Part shown: piece by piece, positions 18,378 to 28,369 of the stretch
Layout: each line of letters starts with the position of its first letter
Numbering within the stretch: position 1 is the stretch's first letter
DNA from: Candidatus Multivoradales bacterium
GTDB lineage: Bacteria > Acidobacteriota > Thermoanaerobaculia > Multivoradales > JAHEKO01
DNA length: 64,000 nt
NCBI GenBank assembly: GCA_965223155.1
Contig: CBDCVR010000015.1
Location: 448,001-512,000 of the forward strand
Reading direction: 5' to 3'
Made by a program: the position numbers and the translations under genes
The notes under the pieces: model-generated
What the model was told of the DNA's origin: nothing
What the model saw: the letters and a program-made list of their open reading frames with translations, nothing else
Database searches by the model: none

Positions 18378-20468
18378 TCAGGACACTCCCGCGCCGGAGC
18401 GGTTCCCGGCCCGGTCCAGCCGGCGGAACTCCGCCAGCGCCTGCAGCGGAAAGTAGACGGGGTAGTTGTGGTACTTCAAGTAGAAGACCTTCGGAAATCC
18501 GGTTCCGGTCCAGGCCTCGTCGGTCCAGGTGCCGTCCGGGAGCTGCCGTTCGAGCAGGTAGGCGATGCCCAGCTCAATCTCGGACCCGCGGTGGCCGGCG
18601 GCCAGCAGGCCCAGGAGCGCCCACGCGGTCTGGCTGGGCGTGCTCGTCCCCCTGCCTTTGAGCTCCGGATCCTCGTACGAGGCAAGCGTCTCACCCCATC
18701 CCCCATCGGGGTTTTGCCGAGACCGGATCCAGTCACGGGCGGCCACACCCCAGGGCTCGGCCACCAGGTCCACGCCGGCCGCCGCCAGGCCGGTCAGCGC
18801 CAGCCAGGTGCCGTAGAGGTAGTTGCAGCCCCAACGGCCGTACCAGGAGCCGTCGGGTTCCTGCATCGAGCGCACGAACCCGATCGCCCGTTCCATCCTC
18901 GCCTCGCTCGAATCGGCGCCCAGCGCGGCCAGCGCCTCCAGAGCCCGGCCGGTGATATCGACCGTCGACGGATCAATCATGGCATTGTGATCTGCAAAGG
19001 GAATGTAGGTCAGGATTTCCCGGTCACAGCCCCGATCGAACGAGGCCCAGCCGCCGTCCCGGTTCTGCATCGAGACCAGCCAGGCCCTGCCCCGATCGAT
19101 CGCGGCGGCCACCCCGTCTCCGCGACTCGAAGGCGCCGTCAACGCTAACGCCTTGAGCACTTCGGCGGTGTCGTCGCAATCGGGATAGAACTCGTTGGCG
19201 TATTCGAAGTACCAGCCACCCACCGGACCCTTCGGGTTGTTGTTGCGCCAATCGCCCGGACGCCGCACTTCGCGCGCCAGGAGCCACTCGGCCGCCCGCT
19301 CCAGAGCCCGGACCTCCGGATCGCCGTCGCCACCCGCGGGCGTCGAGCTGGCGAGCGCCGTCATCGCCAGAGCCGTGTCCCAGACCGGCGACTTGCATGG
19401 TTGGACCCGAAGGGTCTCGTCGTCCTCTATCTCGAGCTTCTCGAGCTCGCGGATCTGGGCGGCCAGCACCGGATGGCCCTGCGCGTAGCCCAAGCTCTCG
19501 AGAGCGATGATGGTGTTGACGATCGGCGGGAAGATCGCCCCCAGGCCGTCGCTCGCCTCGAGCCGCTCCAAGATCCAGCGCTCGGCGGCCTCGACCGCGC
19601 CTTGGCGGAGCGGATGGAACGGGACCGCCTGATAGGCCTTGATGAACCGGTCGATGGTGGTGAACAAACGGCCCCAGGCACGAGAGCGAAAACCTCCCAA
19701 GGCCGGATGGCGGATCGCCGCGGGACCGGCATCCAGCTCGTCCAAGGTGACCGGAAGCTCGCGGCGTGGCTTCCGTGCCCAGATGATGCTGAGGGGCACC
19801 ACGATCGCGCGCGACCAGGACGACATCTCGTACAGGTTGCACGGGAACCATCCGGGCAAGAGCACTAGCTCGGGCGGAACCGCCGGAGCCGCGTCCCACC
19901 GGTACAGGCCAAAGATCGAAAGGTAGATCTTGGTGAAGGAGTTCGCCGCTTCGAGCCCCCCGCCGTCGAGGATCGCTTCGCGAGCGCGGGTCATCGGCTC
20001 GGCGGCGGGATCGTCACCCATGAGCTTGAGGACCAGGTAGGCCTTGATCGAAGCGCTGACGTCGGCGGGGCCGTCCGGATAGAGGCTCCAGCCGCCTTCG
20101 GGCCGTTGCGCCCGGCGCAACGCCTCCGCCGCCTTGCCGACCTTGGGATCCTCACCGCGTCCCAGATAGACCTTGGTCAGGACGTACTCCGACTCCAAGA
20201 TAGAGTCGCCTTCCAGCCTGGCGCACCAATGCCCGTCCGGTTGCTGCTGGTCCAGGAGCGCTTGGCGGGCGGCGGCGATTGCGCGGTCGATCCGCGTCCA
20301 GAGGGCGTCGGCAGGCGGGACTTCGGTGGGGCTCGGCGCCGGCGTCACCGGAGCCGCCGGTACCGCCGGAGCAGACGGTCCGATGGCCGCAGCGCCGGCG
20401 GTACCCGTAGTGCCAGTGGCGCCAGCCGGGCCAGCGAACGACTTGGGTGGGCGAGGAAATCGCGACAT
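18378..20468 (-). CDS. shc: Squalene-hopene cyclase
   Basis: DCDDTA (DxDD), multiple QW repeats (QQPDGHW, QNRDGGW, QEPDGSWYGRWG, QNPDGGWGE), TGTGFPKVFYL; start uncertain. Confidence 0.95.
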   Translation of the reverse strand: MSRFPRPPKSFAGPAGATGTTGTAGAAAIGPSAPAVPAAPVTPAPSPTEVPPADALWTRIDRAIAAARQALLDQQQPDGHWCARLEGDSILESEYVLTKVYLGRGEDPKVGKAAEALRRAQRPEGGWSLYPDGPADVSASIKAYLVLKLMGDDPAAEPMTRAREAILDGGGLEAANSFTKIYLSIFGLYRWDAAPAVPPELVLLPGWFPCNLYEMSSWSRAIVVPLSIIWARKPRRELPVTLDELDAGPAAIRHPALGGFRSRAWGRLFTTIDRFIKAYQAVPFHPLRQGAVEAAERWILERLEASDGLGAIFPPIVNTIIALESLGYAQGHPVLAAQIRELEKLEIEDDETLRVQPCKSPVWDTALAMTALASSTPAGGDGDPEVRALERAAEWLLAREVRRPGDWRNNNPKGPVGGWYFEYANEFYPDCDDTAEVLKALALTAPSSRGDGVAAAIDRGRAWLVSMQNRDGGWASFDRGCDREILTYIPFADHNAMIDPSTVDITGRALEALAALGADSSEARMERAIGFVRSMQEPDGSWYGRWGCNYLYGTWLALTGLAAAGVDLVAEPWGVAARDWIRSRQNPDGGWGETLASYEDPELKGRGTSTPSQTAWALLGLLAAGHRGSEIELGIAYLLERQLPDGTWTDEAWTGTGFPKVFYLKYHNYPVYFPLQALAEFRRLDRAGNRSGAGVS

Positions 20469-20641
20469 CGAACGGCGCATTCTATGCAAGGTTCTCCGAA
20501 CGGTACGAAAGTCCTTCCTGCTTGCATGGTACGGACCAGGCTGGGGCCGAGATTCGAGGCGTCGGCCCGGGCTTCGAACCGGTCCGCGCCGCACCTTCCA
20601 CACACCGTCCCCCTCGTGTCCATTCAACATAGAATGGCCCG

Positions 20642-21520
20642 ATGCAGCGTCGTTTGGGAGCCTTCCTCGGGATTCTGGGCCTTTGCCTCGCTCCGATGCC
20701 GGCACCGCTTCACGCCGCCGAGGTAGAGGAGTTTCTGGCGGCCGGCCGCGAGGCCTTTGCAGCCCGAGCCTTGGGCCGGCAGGACATCCGAGCCGTCGCC
20801 GGCCCGATCGACACGGCGATCGAGTCCTTCGAAGCGGCGCTCGACCTCGATCCGGCGAGCTTTGAAGCCCGCGTCGCTCTGCTGAAGGCGCTCTTCTTCA
20901 AGGGCGAGCATGTCTTGACCGACCGGGACGCCAAGCTGGCTGTCTTCGAACGCGGCCGCGCCCTGGCGGAAGAGGGCATTCAGATCCTGACCCGCAACAC
21001 GGACCTCGATCCGACCGGCGCCAAGAACCGCGACTCTTTGGTCGCACACCTCGGGCACGAGCCGGACGCGGTCGGGGTCTATTTCTTCGCCGCCGTTCAC
21101 TGGGGCCTTTGGGGCCGGTACCGGGGCAAGATCGCGGCCGCGCGCAAGGGCGTCGCGGGCAAGATCCGGGACTACGCCGCGGTCGTTCTGGCCCTGGATC
21201 CAGACTACGAGTCCGGCGGCGGGCATCGCATCCTGGGCCGGCTGCACGCCGAGGCTCCCAAGCTGCCGTTCGTAACGTCGTGGATCGACCGCGACATCGC
21301 GATCCGGGAGCTCGAGCTGGCCCACCGCGCCGACCCTGAAGACGCCCTGTCACTCCTCTACCTCGCCGAGGCTCTGCTCGAGCACGACTCCTCGCGCCGG
21401 GCCGAGGCCCGGACGCTGCTCGAGAAGCTCGTCGGCAAGGCACCCAATCCCGAGTATCTGGTCGAAGAGCTCCAGGCCATCGCCGATGGCCGCGAAGTCC
21501 TGGCCAGAATCGGCTCCTGA
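20642..21520 (+). CDS. Exported TPR-like helical protein
   Basis: Signal peptide; helical repeats (LDLDPAS, LALDPDYESGGGHRILGRLH); divergent from shc. Confidence 0.7.
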   Translation: MQRRLGAFLGILGLCLAPMPAPLHAAEVEEFLAAGREAFAARALGRQDIRAVAGPIDTAIESFEAALDLDPASFEARVALLKALFFKGEHVLTDRDAKLAVFERGRALAEEGIQILTRNTDLDPTGAKNRDSLVAHLGHEPDAVGVYFFAAVHWGLWGRYRGKIAAARKGVAGKIRDYAAVVLALDPDYESGGGHRILGRLHAEAPKLPFVTSWIDRDIAIRELELAHRADPEDALSLLYLAEALLEHDSSRRAEARTLLEKLVGKAPNPEYLVEELQAIADGREVLARIGS

Positions 21521-21522
21521 TC

Positions 21523-22506
21523 TTGCCGCTGCCGATCTCGCGAGCCTGGATCGAGGCTGAGATCGAGGCCGCCGCAAGGCGCCTGGCGGGAGTGGCGCAC
21601 CGAACGCCGGTCCATACCTCGAGCTCGCTCGACCGCCATCTGGGCGCCGAGGTCTTCTTGAAGTGCGAGTCCTTTCAGCGAATCGGCGCCTTCAAGCTCC
21701 GGGGTGCCTACAACGCCATCGCCAAGCGCCACGCAGACGCAGGCTCGATCGGCGCCGCGGGAGTCCTCACCTATTCCTCCGGCAACCACGCCCAGGCAGT
21801 CGCGCTGGTGGGCAAGCTCCTCGACGTTCCGACCACGATCGTCATGCCCACCGACGCTCCCCGGGTCAAACGAGCCGCCACCGAGGGCTACGGCGCCCGG
21901 GTCGTCGCCTACGACCCCCAAACCACCTCGCGCAAGGAGATCGCCGAAGGATTGGCGCGAGACGGCGACTACACGATGATTCCACCGTTCGATCACCCGG
22001 ACGTCATCGCCGGGCAGGCCACCGTGGCCGTGGAGCTGCACGAATCCGTCGAGAACCTGGACACCTTGCTGGTTCCCTGCGGCGGTGGCGGATTGCTCTC
22101 GGGCTGCGCCGCGGCCACCCGGGCTCGAGCCCCGACCTGCCGGGTGGTCGGTGTCGAGCCCGAGTTGGCGGACGACGCGGTCCGCTCCTTTCGGACCGGC
22201 ACCCTCCAGACGGTTCGAAACCCGCCCACGATCGCCGACGGCACCCGCACCGCGTCCCTCGGCGAGTACACCTTCCCGCTGATCCTGGAAACGGTCGATG
22301 ACATGGTCACGGTCAGCGAAGCGGCGATCCGTACGGCGATGCGCTACCTCTTCGAGCGCCTGAAGTTGGTGATCGAGCCCTCGGGAGCCCTCGGCGTCGC
22401 CGCCCTGCTTTCCGGCGCGATCCAGCCGGACGGACGGATCGGTGTGGTCTTGAGCGGCGGCAATGTGGACCCGAGCACCTTCGCCGAACTCGTGGCCGCC
22501 GATTGA
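21523..22506 (+). CDS. PLP-dependent threonine/serine dehydratase family (serine racemase-like)
   Basis: FKLRGA (PLP Lys), SSGNHAQAVA, CGGGGLLSG, SGGN. Confidence 0.92.
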   Translation: MPLPISRAWIEAEIEAAARRLAGVAHRTPVHTSSSLDRHLGAEVFLKCESFQRIGAFKLRGAYNAIAKRHADAGSIGAAGVLTYSSGNHAQAVALVGKLLDVPTTIVMPTDAPRVKRAATEGYGARVVAYDPQTTSRKEIAEGLARDGDYTMIPPFDHPDVIAGQATVAVELHESVENLDTLLVPCGGGGLLSGCAAATRARAPTCRVVGVEPELADDAVRSFRTGTLQTVRNPPTIADGTRTASLGEYTFPLILETVDDMVTVSEAAIRTAMRYLFERLKLVIEPSGALGVAALLSGAIQPDGRIGVVLSGGNVDPSTFAELVAAD

Positions 22507-22516
22507 CCCCAGCCGC

Positions 22517-23125
22517 TTACAGGTCCGTCTCGGAAGGATCCCCGCCCGCGCCTCTCTCCTGCCAGCCCTTGAAGGCAAGGTAGGCGCCGAAGACGACGAG
22601 CGCCAGCGGCCACCAGTCCTCGATCCAGTCGAGCGACACGCCGAAGCGGGTGTGAGCCAAGAGCACGGAGCCCACCGCCGCCAGGATCGCTCCCCCCAGG
22701 ACCGATCCCCGGAATCCGGGCTCGCCGAAGTCCGCGGGCAGCTGGATCTCCTGGCCGCCGGCCAGAGCCTGGTTGTAGAGGGCGGCCCGGCGCCCGGCAT
22801 CGACCATGTTGTAGAGCCAGAAGAACGCCAGAAAGACCGACGCCAGCGGCGTCAGCGGTCCGAGCGCGCCCGCCGTGGACAGAAGCGTCAGCAGCGTCGC
22901 CACCACCAGCGCATGGATGAAGGCCCGCTTGTAGTAGCCGACGTAGACCTGGCCGAGGCCGGGCATCGCCGAGAGAACCACGGCGAGTAGCGGAGCCTTC
23001 CGGCGCGGATCCCGCAGCAGAGGCGCCCGGCGAGGGTGCGGCGGCGCTGCGTGGTCCTGGGACTCGTGGACGGATTCGTAGTGAGCTCGCGAGCTCTCTT
23101 CGGCGGCTGGGATCTCTACGGTCAT
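22517..23125 (-). CDS. Membrane protein (LiaI/LiaF-like C-terminal TM region)
   Basis: PGLGQVYVG TM hairpin; WWPLALVVFG; third gene of ECF operon. Confidence 0.7.
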   Translation of the reverse strand: MTVEIPAAEESSRAHYESVHESQDHAAPPHPRRAPLLRDPRRKAPLLAVVLSAMPGLGQVYVGYYKRAFIHALVVATLLTLLSTAGALGPLTPLASVFLAFFWLYNMVDAGRRAALYNQALAGGQEIQLPADFGEPGFRGSVLGGAILAAVGSVLLAHTRFGVSLDWIEDWWPLALVVFGAYLAFKGWQERGAGGDPSETDL

Positions 23126-23991
23126 GGTGTCTCCTTCGCGTCTTCTCTGGTCTCGTCTTCCGGAACGGAGGCGGGTTCGGAATCGTCTCCGTCCGTGAAG
23201 AAGGACGCAGTTCCGGCAGCGACGGTTCCCGCGAGCTCGACGCTTTCGGCCAGACCGGCCGCAACCTGCTCGCCCACGGCCTCAGCGACACGGCCGGCGC
23301 GACTCGAAAACTCGACAGCCAGCTCGCCCTCCTCGACCTTCGCCAGAGTCTCGAGCCGTACCGACTCCAAGGCCTCGATGGGATTCGTGCCGACCGCAGT
23401 AAGGGCCGTGCTCGACATGGCGGCCAGCGGCGAGCCCGGAAGCGACGCCAGGAGCACCAGCACCAGGGTCGCGGCGAAGGCCAGCTCGGAAGCAAGGCGA
23501 GGCCGCGCCAGCCACCGCCCTCGCAGCTCCTGCCATCGGCGACGGAGGCGAAGATCCCAAGGGAGCGTCGCCCGCAACACCTCGGGCGCCAGACTCGGTA
23601 CCGGCGCGAGCTCAGCCAGATCCGGCAGCTCGCGAAGGAAGTCCTCGAGCCGCGCCCGGAACGCGGCGCATCCTGGACACGCCTTGACGTGCTCCTCGAT
23701 CCTGCGAAGCCCACCGGCGTCCAGGTCGGCTCGCGTCTCGGGTTCGGCGGCACGGGCGATCTGGAGCTTGACTCTCTGGCAGTCCGAGCCCACCGTCTGC
23801 GAGAGCACTCCGGCCTTGAGCTCGAACGGAACCTCTGCCGACTCATGCGAGGCCAGCGCGAAGAGCTCGGCACAGGCCGCGCATCCGCCAGCGTGCCGCT
23901 CGAGCGCGGTCACGCTCTCGGCCTCGAAGCGCCCGTCCAGGTAGACGTCGAGCGCGGCTTCGAAGTCTTGGCAAGCCTGGGGACGAGTCAT
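23122..23991 (-). CDS. Anti-sigma factor with two zf-HC2 motifs and a TM helix
   Basis: HAGGCAAC and HVKACPGC (HxxxCxxC), TM helix; overlaps sigma gene stop. Confidence 0.8.
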   Translation of the reverse strand: MTRPQACQDFEAALDVYLDGRFEAESVTALERHAGGCAACAELFALASHESAEVPFELKAGVLSQTVGSDCQRVKLQIARAAEPETRADLDAGGLRRIEEHVKACPGCAAFRARLEDFLRELPDLAELAPVPSLAPEVLRATLPWDLRLRRRWQELRGRWLARPRLASELAFAATLVLVLLASLPGSPLAAMSSTALTAVGTNPIEALESVRLETLAKVEEGELAVEFSSRAGRVAEAVGEQVAAGLAESVELAGTVAAGTASFFTDGDDSEPASVPEDETREDAKETP

Positions 23992-24569
23992 GACGCCCCT
24001 CCCGCGGAGCTGGCCGCCTCGATGCGGCCCAGTACCCGGCCCAGCTCGGCACGGGCTCTGCTGGTCCGAGACTTCACCGTGCCCAGCGGCAAGTCCAGCA
24101 TGCTCGCGATCTCCTCAAGCTTGAGTTCCTGAATGTCCTTGAGCAGGATCATCTCGCGGTTGACCTCGGTCAGAGCTCCTAGGGCCCGGTACAGCAATCG
24201 CTGCCGGGCGGTGCGCAAGCAGTCCTCTTCGGGCGTCGTCACCGGGTCGGCGAGATCCTGAGCCCCTTCGACCGGGACCGACTCCGGAGGAGTCCGGACC
24301 TTGAGCCGCCGCAATCGATCGATCGAGCAATTACGGGCCAGACGCAGGAACCAGGCCATGAAAGGCACGTCGTCGCGTACGGTGTGCAGCTTCTGGAAGA
24401 CCCGCACAAAAATCTCCTGAGCGGCGTCGCGGGCTTCTTCCCGGTCCCGCAGGTAGTGGAACGCGATCGCGAAGACCCTGCCCTGGAGGCGCTCGACCAG
24501 CGCTTCCCACGCCAGATCATCGCCCAGCCGGCAGCGCGCCACGAGCTCGGAAAGTTCTAGCTCCCGCAT
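23988..24569 (-). CDS. ECF RNA polymerase sigma factor
   Basis: DAAQEIFVR, WFLRLARNCSID, EIASMLDLPLGTVKSRTSRAR. Confidence 0.92.
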   Translation of the reverse strand: MRELELSELVARCRLGDDLAWEALVERLQGRVFAIAFHYLRDREEARDAAQEIFVRVFQKLHTVRDDVPFMAWFLRLARNCSIDRLRRLKVRTPPESVPVEGAQDLADPVTTPEEDCLRTARQRLLYRALGALTEVNREMILLKDIQELKLEEIASMLDLPLGTVKSRTSRARAELGRVLGRIEAASSAGGAS

Positions 24570-24619
24570 CGCCCTACGACACAAGACGCAGCGGCGGCGA
24601 GAAGGGTTCCATCGGCCGG

Positions 24620-26218
24620 TCAGTCGAGCTTGCCGAGTCCGCGCAGCCGGATGAGGTGGGCCTCGAGCTGCCGGGCGGCGAGCGGCCAGGCGCGCCGGTC
24701 CACGTCGCCGTAGGCGGCCTCCAAGAGCGACTCGGTATCACGTGCTCCCGTCAGAGCCGCGGCCAGAATCTTGCCTTCGCGCCAGGCACGGTGGTCCAGG
24801 TATTCCTGGAGCTTGGCGCGAGCGTTGACCGTGGGCGGCCCGTGCCCCGGGAAGAGTGCGGCGACTCCCAGATCCCGGACCCGAGCAAGCGAAGTCAAGT
24901 AGTCGTCCATGTCGCCATCCGAGGGGTCCACCACGATCGTGCCGATGCCGGCCGTTAGATCGCCACTGACCAGGGAGCCCAGATCCTCGTCCAGGAAGGC
25001 GAGGTGGCCGCCAGCGTGGCCCGGCGTATGGAGAACGCGAAAGCGCATCCGGGGCGACCCCTCGAGGGTCAGCAGGTCGCCGTCCTCGAGGCGGCGATCC
25101 ACCCGCAGTCCCCGCGGCCGGAGCAGGCGCTCGGTCTTCAAGTGCGCCGCTACCGGCACGTCGTGGACCTCCAGGATCCTCCGGACGGCGCCGACGTGGT
25201 CCGAGTGGTGATGGGTCAGCCAGATGGCGGTGAGCTTTCGTCCCAGGCCTTGGAGCCCGGCAATACCCTCGAGCAGAGCTTCCTGCATCTTGGGATAGGG
25301 TGAGCCCGGATCGACCAGGGCCATCTCGCCATGTCCCAGGAGATAGGCATTGGTGTAGGCCGCGGGCGGCAGCGTGGGGGTGCGCAACGGGAACATAAGG
25401 ACCCCCGGCCGGAACTCGATCTTGCGAAAGGGGCCGGCGTTGGCTTCGGCCGGGGCCCGCAGCCGGTCGAGACCGGAGGGCAAGCCCTCCTCGGCCAGCA
25501 CCTCGAGGATATGGAGGATGGGGGGCGCGGTCGTAACCTCGCCCGAGCGCCACCGTTCGAGCCCCGCTCCGGGATCGATCCACTCCCCGGCGACCAGCTC
25601 ACCCGGCACGACCGACGGCTGGAAGGGCCGATCCGCGGGCCATTCGAGGGCAAAGAACCGGTTGTCGAAACGAACGGGCCCCAGAGGCGGGGTGAGCCAG
25701 CGGCCGGCGTAGACCAGCTCGGACAGGTCGAGATCGAGCTCCAACTCGGCCAGAACCTCCGTGAAATCCAGCGGATCGTCTGGATCCACGAGCCGCGCCC
25801 TCAGCCCGTCCACGACCGCCGGATCGCAAGAGACATCCGATCCCGCCAGCAGGACTCCGGTTTCCTCGAAGAGCTCGCGCGCGGCGCAGACCGCCAGACC
25901 GGGCTCCAGGATGGGCTGCAGATCGACCCCGTCCAGAACCGTGGCGGGCATAGCCGCCCGGGGATCGGCGCCCTTGACGCCGCCTGGCCGGTCCCCGCTG
26001 GCCAGCCGCTCGAGCTCGGCGTCGCTTCTTGCCAGACCGCCTCCCGGGAAGGCATGGAATCCCGCCATGAAGGCCAGCCGGCGGGAACGCTCGACCCAGT
26101 AGGTCTCGAGAGACGAGCCCGTCCGGCGCCAGAGGACCACGCCGGCCGAGGCTCGGACCCGAGGTCTCGGCGCCTCAAGGCCCATCTCCAGAACCCGTTC
26201 GTACAGACCGCTACTCAC
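24620..26218 (-). CDS. NUDIX hydrolase / metallo-beta-lactamase fusion
   Basis: N-term FPGG...AARELFEETGV, WLTP, RFDNRFF; C-term THHHSDH, TPGHAGGH, PGHG. Confidence 0.85.
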   Translation of the reverse strand: MSSGLYERVLEMGLEAPRPRVRASAGVVLWRRTGSSLETYWVERSRRLAFMAGFHAFPGGGLARSDAELERLASGDRPGGVKGADPRAAMPATVLDGVDLQPILEPGLAVCAARELFEETGVLLAGSDVSCDPAVVDGLRARLVDPDDPLDFTEVLAELELDLDLSELVYAGRWLTPPLGPVRFDNRFFALEWPADRPFQPSVVPGELVAGEWIDPGAGLERWRSGEVTTAPPILHILEVLAEEGLPSGLDRLRAPAEANAGPFRKIEFRPGVLMFPLRTPTLPPAAYTNAYLLGHGEMALVDPGSPYPKMQEALLEGIAGLQGLGRKLTAIWLTHHHSDHVGAVRRILEVHDVPVAAHLKTERLLRPRGLRVDRRLEDGDLLTLEGSPRMRFRVLHTPGHAGGHLAFLDEDLGSLVSGDLTAGIGTIVVDPSDGDMDDYLTSLARVRDLGVAALFPGHGPPTVNARAKLQEYLDHRAWREGKILAAALTGARDTESLLEAAYGDVDRRAWPLAARQLEAHLIRLRGLGKLD

Positions 26219-26288
26219 GAGGCGTGCTTATAGCACACCGCGCTGGCGCGCCGGCCGGCAACGCGATAGCTTCGACGCCACCCTCTCG

Positions 26289-27440
26289 ATGCCCCGGTAT
26301 CCCGACATCGCGCCTTCGATCGAAGCCATGACCGGCTCGGTGTACTCGTCGCTCGCACACCGGCTTCGCGAAGTCGCCGGGGAAGTCTATCCGTTTCACA
26401 TCGGCGACACCTGGATGGAGCCGGCCGAGGAGACGCGCATGGAGAGCCTGTCGGTCGCCGACTACCCCGGCATGCATCGCTACGCTCCCGTCCAGGGGCG
26501 GGCCGATCTGCTGGAAGCGATCGCTCACCGAGTGGAGGGCCGGACCGGCGTCGCCACCTCGCCGGCCAACGTCCTGGTCGCCGCCGGCGCGACCGGTGCC
26601 CTGGGCGCCGTCGTTGGGGCACTTGTCGAGCCCGGGGACGAGGTGCTCTTGATCGCACCGTACTGGCCGCTCATCGCCGGCATCGTCCGGGCTTTTCGGG
26701 CGGCTCCAGTGGACGTGCCGATCCTGGGCCAAGTCGACAACGTCGAAACCCTCATGGACGAGGTCACCCGGGCTCTGAGCCCGCGCACGGTGGCGATCTA
26801 CTGGAGCTCGCCCAACAATCCCACCGGCCAGACCTTGCCTAGGGAGTGGATCGAGGCGCTGTGCGCGTTCGCTCGTTCCCACGATCTCTGGGTGCTGGCC
26901 GATGAGGTCTACGAGGACTACGTCTTCGAGGGCGACCAGCCGTACGCTTTGCCGCTCGCCTCTGAACGGACGTTCTCGGTGCACTCGTTCTCCAAGGCCT
27001 TCGGCATGGCCGGCAACCGCTGCGGCTACGTAGTCGGTCCCGAGGACCGGCTGGGCCAGGTGCGGAAGGTCGCAACTCACACCTTCTATGCAACCCCCAC
27101 CGCGGCCCAGATCGCCGCCCGGCGCGCCCTGGAGGGCCCAGGCGACCGCTGGGTAGCCGAGGCGCTCCCTCTCTACCGCGATCTCGGCTACCAGGTCGCC
27201 GAACGGCTCGGCACCGAGCCCCCAGGCGGATCCACTTTCCTCTTTCTGGACGTCACCGAACATCTCGACGGCGGCGACTTGCTGGGGTTTCTCACCCGTT
27301 GCGTCGAGAACGGCCTGCTCTTGGCCCCCGGACCCAGCTTCGGTCCCTACCCCCGCCACGTACGGCTCTGCTACACGGCAACGCCGCCCGAAACCACCCT
27401 GCGGGGCGTCGAGATCCTGGCCGGTCTACTCGGACGCTAG
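26289..27440 (+). CDS. PLP-dependent aminotransferase class I/II
   Basis: SPNNPTG, DEVY, SFSKAFGMAGNRCG. Confidence 0.92.
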   Translation: MPRYPDIAPSIEAMTGSVYSSLAHRLREVAGEVYPFHIGDTWMEPAEETRMESLSVADYPGMHRYAPVQGRADLLEAIAHRVEGRTGVATSPANVLVAAGATGALGAVVGALVEPGDEVLLIAPYWPLIAGIVRAFRAAPVDVPILGQVDNVETLMDEVTRALSPRTVAIYWSSPNNPTGQTLPREWIEALCAFARSHDLWVLADEVYEDYVFEGDQPYALPLASERTFSVHSFSKAFGMAGNRCGYVVGPEDRLGQVRKVATHTFYATPTAAQIAARRALEGPGDRWVAEALPLYRDLGYQVAERLGTEPPGGSTFLFLDVTEHLDGGDLLGFLTRCVENGLLLAPGPSFGPYPRHVRLCYTATPPETTLRGVEILAGLLGR

Positions 27441-27455
27441 CCGGAACCGCAGCGG

Positions 27456-28304
27456 CTAGGCCTCGGGAGCCGGCCGCGGCACCACGTCGAAGCGGCGGTG
27501 CTCCTCGACCGGCATGGAGGCGCGGATCGATCGGAGGCGTTCGAGGTCCAGATCTGCCGCGATCCGGTCCGGCTCCTCGCCCGCCGTCACCACCACCTCG
27601 CCCCAGGGATCCACGATCGCCGAGTGCCCCCAGCTCTCGCGCAGGCCCTCGTCATCGTGGCGGCCGCATTGCGCCGGAGCCACGACCCAGCACTGGGTCT
27701 CGACGGCGCGGGCGCGCAGCAGGGTCTCCCAGTGGACGCGGCCGGTCGTCCGGGTAAACGCCGCCGGCACGAACAGGATCTCGGCACCCAGAGTGCGGAG
27801 ACACCCATAGAGGCCAGGAAACCGCAAGTCGTAGCAGATCGACAGGCCCAGCCGGCCCAGGTCGGTCGCGGCCACGATCGGTTCGGTGCCGGGGATCACG
27901 GTGTCTGACTCCCGGAACCGGACTTCGTCGGAGAGATCCACGTCGAAGAGGTGGATCTTGCGATAGGCCGCCAAACGAGCACCGTCCGGACCGAAAAGCA
28001 CCGAGGTGTTGGCACAGCGACCAGGATCCTCCAAGCGCTCGTTGAACGACCCCAGAAGCATGAAGACGCCGAGCTCCTCCGCCAGGCCCGCGAAACGCTG
28101 GCAGGTCGGACCGTCCAGAGACTCAGCCAGCCGGACCTTGTCCTCGTGCGGCCCCAGAAAATTCGTATTCTCCGGGGTCGCGATGAGCTCCGCGCCGTCC
28201 TCGGCCGCCGCCCGGATCAGGGACTCGGCCGCGGTCCAGTTGCGCTCGGCGTTGCTTCCCGAGTTGAGCTGAATGGCCGCGGCTCGCGGACGGGATCCGG
28301 GCAT
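27456..28304 (-). CDS. Carbon-nitrogen hydrolase (Nit1/deaminated glutathione amidase-like)
   Basis: TPEN, YRKIHLFDV, ICYDLRFP, RARAVE, WGHS. Confidence 0.92.
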   Translation of the reverse strand: MPGSRPRAAAIQLNSGSNAERNWTAAESLIRAAAEDGAELIATPENTNFLGPHEDKVRLAESLDGPTCQRFAGLAEELGVFMLLGSFNERLEDPGRCANTSVLFGPDGARLAAYRKIHLFDVDLSDEVRFRESDTVIPGTEPIVAATDLGRLGLSICYDLRFPGLYGCLRTLGAEILFVPAAFTRTTGRVHWETLLRARAVETQCWVVAPAQCGRHDDEGLRESWGHSAIVDPWGEVVVTAGEEPDRIAADLDLERLRSIRASMPVEEHRRFDVVPRPAPEA

Positions 28305-28369
28305 GCGCCGATTCTACGACCTGCCCAGCCGGCACGGCCCCCCGAGGCGCGAATTCACCCGGGGCTCGG

